A stretch of 20,000 bases of DNA, taken from IMG/VR virus record IMGVR_UViG_3300013232_000154; one strand, written 5' to 3'. This DNA is from an uncultured virus (IMG/VR IMGVR_UViG_3300013232_000154). Lineage: Duplodnaviria > Heunggongvirae > Uroviricota > Caudoviricetes. The number at the start of each line of letters is the position of its first letter. Position 1 is the stretch's first letter. Under the pieces are notes generated by a model. The model was given only the letters and a program-made list of their open reading frames with translations, was not told the DNA's origin and searched no databases. Below, piece by piece: positions 1-7,782 of the stretch. A program made the position numbers and the translations under genes.

Positions 1-584
1 TTAATGATCTGGATCTTCGACGGGTTCAATACTAGGTAACTAGTGGATCCTATGCCTTCGACTTGGTTCTCGTACGCCATTCCATCATAACCTTTAGAAA
101 CCAACAGTTCTCTAAGGGCCTTCTCTTGCTGGTATTGACCCCAAGCCATCTCGTACTCTGGTTGCGTGATGTATCCTTGATGCAGAAGCCACGTCCCAAT
201 GCCATTGAACTTCCATTGCCCGAAGTCGTCTGGAAGCTGGATTACCTTGTCAAGATGAAGCATGGCCGCGATCGGCTCGAACGCCTGTGGCTGTGCTTTG
301 ACGTATGCCGCTGCCTCGCCTTTTGACTTGAATGGACCAACCCCATCACTTCCTTGGTCATCGAATACCCAGAAACCGTCCTTGTCGCCGTCGATGGAAT
401 ACTCTATCTCGCTCCCTCCAATGGCGCTGAATCGGTCTTGGGCCGCTTCTTCCGTTCCAAAGTGGACGCCCAATTGGTCGCCAGGGTCAAAGGACTCAAA
501 CTTGGAGCGCGTGGCATGGTAGACTGGCCCCACGGTGGCCAACTTGCTCAATGAGGCACAGATAGATCGGATCCAAGGTCTCAT
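1..584 (-). CDS. ADP-ribosyltransferase, ART-PolyVal-like (3' end runs off the window; at least 194 aa)
   Basis: Not in the ORF track. Manual translation from ATG at 584 is open to position 1: MRPWIRSICASLSKLATVGPVYHATRSKFESFDPGDQLGVHFGTEEAAQDRF...ALRELLVSKGYDGMAYENQVEGIGSTSYLVLNPSKIQII. The VYH.T...F..F....G.HFG and L...GYDG..Y.N..EG.GS.SY.V..P..I motifs match phage ART-PolyVal domains. Confidence 0.8.
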   Translation of the reverse strand, partial: MRPWIRSICASLSKLATVGPVYHATRSKFESFDPGDQLGVHFGTEEAAQDRFSAIGGSEIEYSIDGDKDGFWVFDDQGSDGVGPFKSKGEAAAYVKAQPQAFEPIAAMLHLDKVIQLPDDFGQWKFNGIGTWLLHQGYITQPEYEMAWGQYQQEKALRELLVSKGYDGMAYENQVEGIGSTSYLVLNPSKIQII

Positions 585-618
585 GCCTCCTAATTAGCCC
601 ACAAGCCCCATATTCCTG
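585..618 (-). promoter_or_regulatory. Putative phage-specific (late-type) promoter motif AGG-N17-CTAA-N6-GGC-ATG
   Basis: Minus strand reads CAGG aatatggggcttgtggg CTAA ttagga GGC ATG. The same geometry occurs upstream of the 7692 gene. Only two instances. Confidence 0.35.
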
Positions 619-629
619 TCTAAATGGGC

Positions 630-657
630 TTGCACACAAGGGGAAAGGTGATAGCAT
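630..657 (+). promoter_or_regulatory. Sigma70-like promoter TTGCAC-N16-TAGCAT (extended TGn -10)
   Basis: Intergenic, divergent from the ART gene and upstream of SD GAGGAGGG and ATG 678. Same spacer as six other sites. Confidence 0.5.
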
Positions 658-677
658 GCGCGGTTGAGGAGGGAGAG

Positions 678-986
678 ATGTTCGACTACAAACAGAAGTT
701 CGAGCATGCTGGCAGAGGCCCCAATTGCCCGCATTGTCTCCAGAAAGATGGACATATTGCCGTCCTGGAATACAGAATCGCCATGCTTTGCTTCCACATC
801 GATGCCGCCCATCTGGCACTGGGAGATGACGCCGCTTTCAAGGTTCAGATGGAACTCAAAAAGCTGATCAAGTCGTTTGAAGACGACAAAAAGCTTCCGC
901 CAGACCAGTTGTACGACGAGGCCGTCGAAAACTCGCTTGGTGGAAACAGCCGCTTTCCTGGCGGAATGTGGAGAGGCGACAAATGA
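678..986 (+). CDS. Hypothetical protein (102 aa, CPHC motif)
   Basis: Start reassigned to ATG 678 behind a strong SD and the promoter. Stop overlaps the next start (ATGA). Confidence 0.75.
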   Translation: MFDYKQKFEHAGRGPNCPHCLQKDGHIAVLEYRIAMLCFHIDAAHLALGDDAAFKVQMELKKLIKSFEDDKKLPPDQLYDEAVENSLGGNSRFPGGMWRGDK

Positions 987-1648
987 AATTCGTCGTCAAG
1001 GTCGATGACCAGTGGCTGGCCACCCAAAGCGTGTACGCTGAGCCAGTGTTGACTTCTGACAGATCAAAAGCCGCAGTCTTCCATGAGGTCGATCCAAATC
1101 TGATCATAAGCCAGATCAGGTCCATGTCCAAAAAAGGACAAAAGGTATCACATGAAGAGGACGATCGTGAGCCTCCGCTATTGCCGACGTACCCCGTCAA
1201 CCGATGTCCGTTCTGCGAGCAGCGCCTTGATTCTTTCAACGACATTTCAGACGACAAGTTCTTCATGAACACCACCTACTACTTCGTCCACTGTTCGAAC
1301 TGCGAAGCGCGTGGCCCGCTATCGGATAACGAGTGCGAGGCTGCCGAGAACTGGAACGGTTTGTATCCTCGCTCAAGCGCGACAAGGCTTGAACAATGTG
1401 TCTCAATCGACATAAGAGAAACACTTGAGATTCTTCACCGCGAAGAAGCCGACTTGGCCAACGCAATAAAAAGCTTGAATGATCCAAGCAAAGATCCGAA
1501 AGACCTCAAGATCATCGAAATGTACAAAAAAGATGCAGAAAACGGGTTGAAGTTCGCATGGCAACTTGTTTTCGAGCAGATAAAAACCCCAGAAGACCTT
1601 GAGATTTTGGTGAACGCATTAAGGACAAGAAAAGGAGAAGAGACGTGA
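983..1648 (+). CDS. Lar-family restriction-alleviation zinc-ribbon domain protein (221 aa)
   Basis: Central P...CPFC...YYFVHCSNCEARGP....EAAENWN is the Lar_restr_allev pattern. ATGA coupling at 983. Confidence 0.75.
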   Translation: MKFVVKVDDQWLATQSVYAEPVLTSDRSKAAVFHEVDPNLIISQIRSMSKKGQKVSHEEDDREPPLLPTYPVNRCPFCEQRLDSFNDISDDKFFMNTTYYFVHCSNCEARGPLSDNECEAAENWNGLYPRSSATRLEQCVSIDIRETLEILHREEADLANAIKSLNDPSKDPKDLKIIEMYKKDAENGLKFAWQLVFEQIKTPEDLEILVNALRTRKGEET

Positions 1649-2472
1649 GCGAGAAAACGTGGCCGCCAGACACAAGAAATCCATCCAAGTACAGGGTCAT
1701 CGACTACGTCGGACGTGGCGACGATCCAGACGAGATAGTGTACATAGACCTTAAGGAGGACGGTACTCCACTTAACAAGGACTCCATCAGCTACAGGCGC
1801 AAGGACAAGGACGGATTCTACTCGACCACTTGGTTCAGAGATCCAAGAGCGTTCTACTGCGCCATCTGCGGACATGGATGGGACAACTCTTGCAAGTCAC
1901 TACGCAATAGCATGTTCCTGAACGACGCTCCAGAGGGCAAGGAATGCGTTCATAATACTTGCTATCTCGGTCACCTTGGGATGGTTCAGCACGGTCTTTT
2001 CTATTGGGCGATTTGCGAAGGCAACATCAGAGACGGCATTCGCATGCTCTTCAATGGCTTGAAGATCAAGCCTAACCAGTACGGAGGGGCTTACAACACT
2101 CCGTGGTACACAACCGACATTGTTGGGCTTAGCCTTGGCGAGAGTGGTGACTGGAAGCGTAGAAAGTTCAAGGCGCCAAACCTTCCCACGCTCGAACTCG
2201 GTAGACGCAAGCGCGTGTACTCCATGTTTCTCAAGTCTCCAGTCAAACTCGTCATTGAAAGAAACGAAGACACAAAACACATCTTTGATGACGACACCAC
2301 AAAGATATTCGGCGAGACACACATTTACGAAAATAAGTTCCCCAAGACTGCCGATAGCATACTCATCCACGCATGGACGGATGAAAAGGTCCAGTTGTAC
2401 ATGAAGGCCTTCTGTTCCATCCTTTACGACAACATGAAGGACGTGTTGGAGGAGTACGATGGTAACAAATAA
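1645..2472 (+). CDS. Hypothetical phage protein (275 aa)
   Basis: GTG start with AGGAG SD, overlapping the previous stop. CAIC motif, plus NQY...PWY, LG.RKRV and IHAW motifs that resemble uncharacterised phage proteins. Confidence 0.8.
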   Translation: MSEKTWPPDTRNPSKYRVIDYVGRGDDPDEIVYIDLKEDGTPLNKDSISYRRKDKDGFYSTTWFRDPRAFYCAICGHGWDNSCKSLRNSMFLNDAPEGKECVHNTCYLGHLGMVQHGLFYWAICEGNIRDGIRMLFNGLKIKPNQYGGAYNTPWYTTDIVGLSLGESGDWKRRKFKAPNLPTLELGRRKRVYSMFLKSPVKLVIERNEDTKHIFDDDTTKIFGETHIYENKFPKTADSILIHAWTDEKVQLYMKAFCSILYDNMKDVLEEYDGNK

Positions 2473-2671
2473 GGTCGCCCACGGCGCGGTTGGTGTTAAT
2501 GTCAACCACGAGGGGAAGCTGGTACTTCTTCAAGCAGTCTCCACCAGTGACGAGGAGTATTGCAGGATATGCCTCACTCCGAAGGAGGCAAACGAGTTGG
2601 TCGACAAGCTCAAAGAAGCCATCAAAAAGGTAGAGACGAGTCATGCCAAAAAGCAGACCGATTCTCTTTAA
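2459..2671 (+). CDS. Small hypothetical protein (70 aa)
   Basis: GGAGGAG SD. Fills the gap between flanking genes. C-terminal LTPKEANELVDKLKEAI amphipathic helix. Confidence 0.7.
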   Translation: MVTNKVAHGAVGVNVNHEGKLVLLQAVSTSDEEYCRICLTPKEANELVDKLKEAIKKVETSHAKKQTDSL

Positions 2672-3431
2672 CGGCGAGATGGTCAGAGCCATCTTGGCCG
2701 ACAAGAAGACTCAGACCAGACGACCCGTGAAGTTCGTCCCCGCTCTTGGAGAACCAGACTACTGGTGCCCCTTGTACAAGGACAAGCCAGGCGATTTCCG
2801 TAGCATGGTAGGCAATCTTCCGAGATATTGCCCATTCGGCGACATCGGCGACACGCTCTGGGTCAAAGAAACGTGGTCCGTCGCTGCGAGCGTTCGCAGT
2901 ACCTTTGAAAGCGTCTATCCAGACGACACCGTTGACTGGGAAGGGCCAGCCCCGTCACACAAACCGAAAGACCTTGTTCGCGTCGGAGAGGTTTCTCTTA
3001 CCTTTAGCGAGCCATGGGTTCTCGGATGGCGAGCTGATTACTTCGGAGACGATACGTACGAGTACAGAGGCTTCAAGTGGCGGCCATCGATCCACATGCC
3101 CAGATGGGCCTCCAGACTCGCGCTGAAAATCACGGACATTGACGTCCAACGCGTCAACGACATCACCGATGATGATGCTTTGGCCGAAGGGATAAGGCCT
3201 CATCAGGACATCACCCAGTACGAAGGCAAGATGGCCAATTGCTTCTTGCGGGAATGGGACTACATCTACGCGTCCAGAGGCATGGGACGAAAGGAGAATC
3301 CATGGGTATGGATCATCAAGTTCGAGACGGTGGAGGCATACTGCCAAGAGAACATAAGGAAACACATCAAGGACGATTTCGAGGGCAAGCAGGATTTATG
3401 CTTTCTCAAGCGGTTGAAATGGAAATACTAG
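2643..3431 (+). CDS. ASCH/PUA-like phage protein ('morphogenetic protein' family)
   Basis: Hallmark motifs PILFNGEMVRAIL..KKTQTRR, CPFG..GD.LWVKETW, WRPSIHMPRWASR, DALAEG and NPWVW.I.F. Confidence 0.88.
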   Translation: MPKSRPILFNGEMVRAILADKKTQTRRPVKFVPALGEPDYWCPLYKDKPGDFRSMVGNLPRYCPFGDIGDTLWVKETWSVAASVRSTFESVYPDDTVDWEGPAPSHKPKDLVRVGEVSLTFSEPWVLGWRADYFGDDTYEYRGFKWRPSIHMPRWASRLALKITDIDVQRVNDITDDDALAEGIRPHQDITQYEGKMANCFLREWDYIYASRGMGRKENPWVWIIKFETVEAYCQENIRKHIKDDFEGKQDLCFLKRLKWKY

Positions 3432-3479
3432 GGTACAACGTCCTGCTAGTCGACCTTGAGATGGACTGCAAACGAATCC

Positions 3480-3507
3480 TTGACCGTGCCAATCAATAGG
3501 GTATCCT
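3480..3507 (+). promoter_or_regulatory. Sigma70-like promoter TTGACC-N16-TATCCT
   Basis: Intergenic, followed by SD GGAGGA (3515-3520) and ATG 3527. Shares CTTGACCGTGCC with the 7732 site. Confidence 0.75.
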
Positions 3508-3526
3508 TACGGTCGGAGGACATGAA

Positions 3527-4051
3527 ATGAAGTTCAGAGACATCAAACCCTATCACGGCTGGGGTAACTATCAGGTTGACGTCCCCCTCCGCTACGTTCC
3601 CAAGAAGATCAAGGACTTCACGGACGAGTACGGCCTTGACATGAACCCCGACTTCCAACGCGCCCACGTCTGGACCAAGGACCAGCAAACGCGCTACATG
3701 GAGTTCCTACTCCGTCATGGAAGGACTGGCAGAGACCTTCTGTTCAACTCGACATCGTGGATGAAAAATTTCAAACGTGACATGCTGCTCGTCGATGGAA
3801 AGCAGCGCATCGAGGCGATCTGCCAGTTCTTCGAGGACAACGTCCCCGTCTTTGATGGCCATGTATTCTCCGACTACGAAGACAAGGTCGACATGATGAT
3901 CAGCATGCGCTTCTACGTGAACACGCTGACGACACGCGCCGACATCCTCCAGTGGTACATCGACCTCAACGCTGGTGGAACCGTTCATGGAGAGGACGAG
4001 ATCTACAAGGTCAGGGAACTTCTCAAGGAAGAGCTGAAAAAGAAATGCTGA
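3527..4051 (+). CDS. Stand-alone DUF262 (GmrS-like, ParB/Srx fold) protein
   Basis: LDMNPDFQRAHVW...Q...ME.LL, LVDGKQR..AI..F and C-terminal ..LNAGG are DUF262 signature motifs. Confidence 0.85.
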   Translation: MKFRDIKPYHGWGNYQVDVPLRYVPKKIKDFTDEYGLDMNPDFQRAHVWTKDQQTRYMEFLLRHGRTGRDLLFNSTSWMKNFKRDMLLVDGKQRIEAICQFFEDNVPVFDGHVFSDYEDKVDMMISMRFYVNTLTTRADILQWYIDLNAGGTVHGEDEIYKVRELLKEELKKKC

Positions 4052-4506
4052 AGATCTACCTTGCCGCTCCATTGTTCTCCGAGGCCGAGCGAATGTGGAA
4101 CAAGGCATTCGCTAAAGGACTCATTGAGGCCATTTGCAAGAGAAAGTTCGCTGCCAGTACAAAGATCATCCTTCCTCAAGAGGTCGAATTGCCCCACAAG
4201 TACGGGACTAAGGAATTCGCCGTTGAAATCTACTACAAGTGCCTCAACCACATAGAAGAATCTCACGTCGTCATCGCCATACTTGACGGGCCTCAAGTCG
4301 ATGACGGAACAGCGTTTGAGGTCGGATATGCTCGCGCCATGGGCAAGTCAGTCATCGGGATAAGAAGCGACACGCGACCTGGAGAGTGGAATGGCTGCAA
4401 CACGATGCTCTCCATTGGATGCAACAGGCTCATCACGTACAAGGAAAACATCGATTACGAACTCGTGATAGATGCCATCGTTTTGGCGGCACGAAAGGAA
4501 TTGTGA
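4045..4506 (+). CDS. Nucleoside 2-deoxyribosyltransferase-family protein (153 aa)
   Basis: KIYLAAPLFSEAE, LPQE, D.GTAFEVGYA.A.GK (catalytic Glu) and N.ML motifs. Start reassigned to ATG 4045, overlapping the DUF262 stop. Confidence 0.9.
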   Translation: MLKIYLAAPLFSEAERMWNKAFAKGLIEAICKRKFAASTKIILPQEVELPHKYGTKEFAVEIYYKCLNHIEESHVVIAILDGPQVDDGTAFEVGYARAMGKSVIGIRSDTRPGEWNGCNTMLSIGCNRLITYKENIDYELVIDAIVLAARKEL

Positions 4507-4509
4507 ACC

Positions 4510-5337
4510 ATGAAAATCACCTCCGAGGACTGCGTCAACGAGATTGACAAGGTTCTGCCTGGCAAGAAGTGGAAGCGCGTGTCCAAGAAGACCGTCATTG
4601 AGCGAGAGTTCGAGGTGGTCGGCCAGCCCAGCGTCAAGGTTCTCGTCCGAGAGGACGGCGGGAAGCTGTCCGTCAGCTTCGGTCGATACGGCGAGCCATT
4701 AAATCCAGAACCAGATGCCAAGCGTCTGAACGAAGACGACTATTACTTCCAGTACGATAAGGAGTTCGCCGAAGAAGAGGAGGCGGACTTCCCCGTCTTC
4801 AACATCGTCACGAAAGACTTCTGGGAAGACTTTCACCATTTCGACGACGGCGTCAACTGCTCAAACGTCAAGATGCCAGCGGGATTCTGCGAATGCATGG
4901 AAGGCGCATTCGAGTTCAACGGGACGAAGGAGGAGGGCGTGAGGAGGCTCGTTGCCGCTGGATTCATCCCTCTTCCAGAAGAAGATTCTGGTTCTCTCAA
5001 GGACATCGTGTTCGCCGTGATCCCCATGAGGCGTGACGGCTCAGACAACGTCATGGTTTGGTTCGCCGACAAGAACAAGTTCCTTAAGAACTACAAGAAG
5101 GAACACCGAGACTACGTCCTGACTTCTAATCAGCGAGACATTCTGAACGAAGCCATGGAAAAGGCTGGCTTTGTAGGAGGAGAAGTGGAGGATGGAGCAG
5201 ATGGGTTCAGCCTTGAGTACAAGATCGAATATTGGGGCGAACACAACGATCTCATCAGCGCGGATGACGTGAGAGCGGCCTTACGTAAGATCGGTTTCTC
5301 TGAGGATCCCAAGTACTCTAAATGGGCTTCGCAATAA
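4510..5337 (+). CDS. Acidic hypothetical protein (275 aa), possible tandem domain duplication
   Basis: AAGGA SD, 3 nt after the previous stop. Two similar segments end in RRLVAAGFIP and AALRKIGFSE. Confidence 0.8.
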   Translation: MKITSEDCVNEIDKVLPGKKWKRVSKKTVIEREFEVVGQPSVKVLVREDGGKLSVSFGRYGEPLNPEPDAKRLNEDDYYFQYDKEFAEEEEADFPVFNIVTKDFWEDFHHFDDGVNCSNVKMPAGFCECMEGAFEFNGTKEEGVRRLVAAGFIPLPEEDSGSLKDIVFAVIPMRRDGSDNVMVWFADKNKFLKNYKKEHRDYVLTSNQRDILNEAMEKAGFVGGEVEDGADGFSLEYKIEYWGEHNDLISADDVRAALRKIGFSEDPKYSKWASQ

Positions 5338-7692
5338 CTAGCCACGAGCCTTCATGTGGCCAACGAGCCATGCCCTGACCAATTCTTGGTTTCCAACCGC
5401 AAGCGGCTCTCCAGTGGCTTCAGCAGACTGAATCGCAGAATTGATCTCGTCGTCAATCCACTTCCCGAATAGGGAACCAAGGTTTCCATCCCATCGCATA
5501 AGCCTGTAAGTGAATTCGGCGAACCCCATGTTCTTGAGGATTTCCTTCAACTGCGGCTCGATTTCCATATGCCACAGCAAGTCATCTACTTCCCTCATGA
5601 ACATTCCTTGTGCCCTGGCGTCGTCAACGTCAAAACTAGGATCAAAGTCATCTATGCGATTGTTCCATCGTGATCTTCCGCTGTACTTTCTGTATATCGT
5701 TCGTGCTTGCTCTGGGGTCACCATCGACGGTTCGATCCCGAGGCTTTCAGCAGTCTCCACTATCTTAGGAATCCAGTGCGAAGAAAGCTTCCACTGAAGA
5801 AGCCTGGCGACGTTCAGCGTGTCACTGTATTTTTCCGAGTCTGAGGCCACGTCTACCAAAGTAAACCTAGAGCCGTCCATCAAGATCTTCTTGCCAGACC
5901 TGGTCGGTATCTCAAGGAATGCCTTACCAGGGGCGAGAACGTCCTTCTTTACGCTAAAATCACTAGGATGGGACGGGTTGGCGACATTCGGCTTCGCCAG
6001 TATCTTTTCGTACGCCTCCTTGAGGATGGCATCTTTCTCTTCGTCAGAAATGGCGAACCCGCTCTTGCTTGGCGCGTCAGAGTAATCGCTGGCGATCTTC
6101 TCCAGAGCGTCAAGGTACAAGTACGCCCCCTGATTGTCCGTGTCCGTTGTGAAAGACCTGACGTAACTGACAAACTCTTGAGGAGAATACTTTCTGAACA
6201 TGGCCATCATGTTGTGTGACGAGTTGCCGTAATCAACCATCTTTTTGGCAATTTGCCCGAGCATGGACCACGTCGCGATCATGTTCTCGGTTATGTTTGC
6301 GTGACTTGATCTGCGACTTGTGAAGTTGTCGATATCCGTCATGATCTTTTCAAGTTCGGCGCCGCTGACGTTACTGTTTGAAACAACCTTCAAGTACTGG
6401 ACGGCATAATCCGACTTCAGTCCAGTCACGGTCTCTTCAAGGGTGTCAATCTCAGAGTCACTATACGGAGGCCTTGATCCCTCGGCTTCTGCCGACGAGT
6501 TCTCGTCCTTCATCATCTTCAGTTTCTTCTCAGAGTCCAGAAGAAGCCTTGGAGACAGCTTGCCGTCAGCCGCGAAGCTATCCATGAACGCGAAGAAGTC
6601 TCCACTGACTGGAATTTCAACTCCCTCGGCAGCGGACAACGCCTTGATTGCTCCGTACACCTCACCAAGTTGCTCCTTCTTGATCAGTCCAGAATCGCCG
6701 ATCGGAGCGTCTTGAGCATCTTTGAACTGAGCCAACTTGAGGGACAAAAGTCCGACTTGGCTGTTTCCCTTGAGGAGGAGGTACAGCGGAGACTCATCGC
6801 TGATGTGGTACTCCTCCTCGAACATCTTCTGGTTTCGTACGCACCACCTGGCGCTCTTACACAACTGATCGGCAAATCCCTCGCTCCACTTGGCCACACG
6901 AACGGCTCTGTATCCGTTCGGGAGTGGGATCATCCGCGTCCCCTCTATCCCAGCATCTGGCTCGTCGATGCTGTACTTGCTTTCCCGCTGCTCGGGAGTG
7001 AGAGTCTTGTCGACGTACTCGGACAGCGCGTAGTGGGTTTCAAACTCGTCAAGTCCAAGCGGATAATCTGAACTCATCGCGAAGGCGAAATACTCTGACA
7101 ACGCATCGGCAATTTCTCGCCTGTCTTCTACGATCTTCCTCACCGCCAACTCTTGGAAGTTAGGCTTGCCCCAGTTCTTGTACACGTTCAATTGGCTGTT
7201 GTAAAGCTTGCCAACCCATTGGAATGCCATAGGCCTGATCAGATTAAGGTCCACTTGCGGGTTGAGGCGTTGAGCCTTCCCTAAAGCAAGCGACACTATT
7301 GAGATGATTTCTGGAGGCAAATTGTTCCTGATCTGCGTCATCGTTTGCGGTGCGGAGGATACCTTGTTAATCTCCGCAACCAGTCCAGGATAATCGTACT
7401 TCGTCACGTCAATCTGGCCACCCTTGGCCTTGATCTTCGGTTTAAGCTTGTCGAACGTCCTCAGCGCATTCCCCATCACCTCGACATCATTAACGCTGGC
7501 CTTCCCGCTCCTGATGTTCACGGCCATCCACCGCGCCAATTGGATCTTCCCAGCCGCGCTGGCGATCTGCGTGGACAACGCCTCGTCGAAGCCGAACTCC
7601 TTGACCAGAGCGGCCACGATGGCATTGGCGAAGATAGACCTGAAGTCGTCCAGAAGGCCGAACGACAGGCTACCAAAAGACACAATCCTCAT
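5338..7692 (-). CDS. Large hypothetical protein (784 aa) with a WC-motif (PcfJ-like) module, possibly virion-associated
   Basis: Long ORF. Segment ~6700-6915 reads A..LC.SARWCV....F..Y....PLY.L.K.....QFKD.QD.PI and is preceded by DVTKY, a pattern typical of large-phage proteins. The function is an inference. Confidence 0.8.
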   Translation of the reverse strand: MRIVSFGSLSFGLLDDFRSIFANAIVAALVKEFGFDEALSTQIASAAGKIQLARWMAVNIRSGKASVNDVEVMGNALRTFDKLKPKIKAKGGQIDVTKYDYPGLVAEINKVSSAPQTMTQIRNNLPPEIISIVSLALGKAQRLNPQVDLNLIRPMAFQWVGKLYNSQLNVYKNWGKPNFQELAVRKIVEDRREIADALSEYFAFAMSSDYPLGLDEFETHYALSEYVDKTLTPEQRESKYSIDEPDAGIEGTRMIPLPNGYRAVRVAKWSEGFADQLCKSARWCVRNQKMFEEEYHISDESPLYLLLKGNSQVGLLSLKLAQFKDAQDAPIGDSGLIKKEQLGEVYGAIKALSAAEGVEIPVSGDFFAFMDSFAADGKLSPRLLLDSEKKLKMMKDENSSAEAEGSRPPYSDSEIDTLEETVTGLKSDYAVQYLKVVSNSNVSGAELEKIMTDIDNFTSRRSSHANITENMIATWSMLGQIAKKMVDYGNSSHNMMAMFRKYSPQEFVSYVRSFTTDTDNQGAYLYLDALEKIASDYSDAPSKSGFAISDEEKDAILKEAYEKILAKPNVANPSHPSDFSVKKDVLAPGKAFLEIPTRSGKKILMDGSRFTLVDVASDSEKYSDTLNVARLLQWKLSSHWIPKIVETAESLGIEPSMVTPEQARTIYRKYSGRSRWNNRIDDFDPSFDVDDARAQGMFMREVDDLLWHMEIEPQLKEILKNMGFAEFTYRLMRWDGNLGSLFGKWIDDEINSAIQSAEATGEPLAVGNQELVRAWLVGHMKARG

Positions 7693-7727
7693 GCCAATCT
7701 GTTCGTCCTAACCCAGCCTCGAACCTT
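7693..7727 (-). promoter_or_regulatory. Putative phage-specific (late-type) promoter motif AGG-N18-CGAA-N6-GGC-ATG
   Basis: Minus strand reads AAGG ttcgaggctgggttagga CGAA cagatt GGC ATG. No well-spaced SD. Matches the motif at 585-618. Confidence 0.35.
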
Positions 7728-7731
7728 CCAC

Positions 7732-7759
7732 TTGACCGTGCCTTCACGCGTGATATCCT
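7732..7759 (+). promoter_or_regulatory. Sigma70-like promoter TTGACC-N16-TATCCT (extended TGn -10)
   Basis: Lies in the divergent intergenic region, upstream of GGGAGGG SD and ATG 7783. Spacer holds the palindrome TCACGCGTGA (7744-7753). Confidence 0.75.
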
Positions 7760-7782
7760 ACAAGCATCGGGAGGGTGAGTCA

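Noticed and set aside
63..554. Three + strand ORFs in the track (63-326, 262-522, 354-554)
   Set aside because: They are antisense shadows of the minus-strand ART gene, which has clear domain motifs.
3952..4044. Upstream start for the deoxyribosyltransferase
   Set aside because: It lies inside DUF262. The family motif begins at MLKIYLA (4045).
7345..7782. N-terminal extension of the radical SAM ORF to 409 aa
   Set aside because: It overlaps the 784-aa minus-strand gene. The promoter and SD point to ATG 7783.
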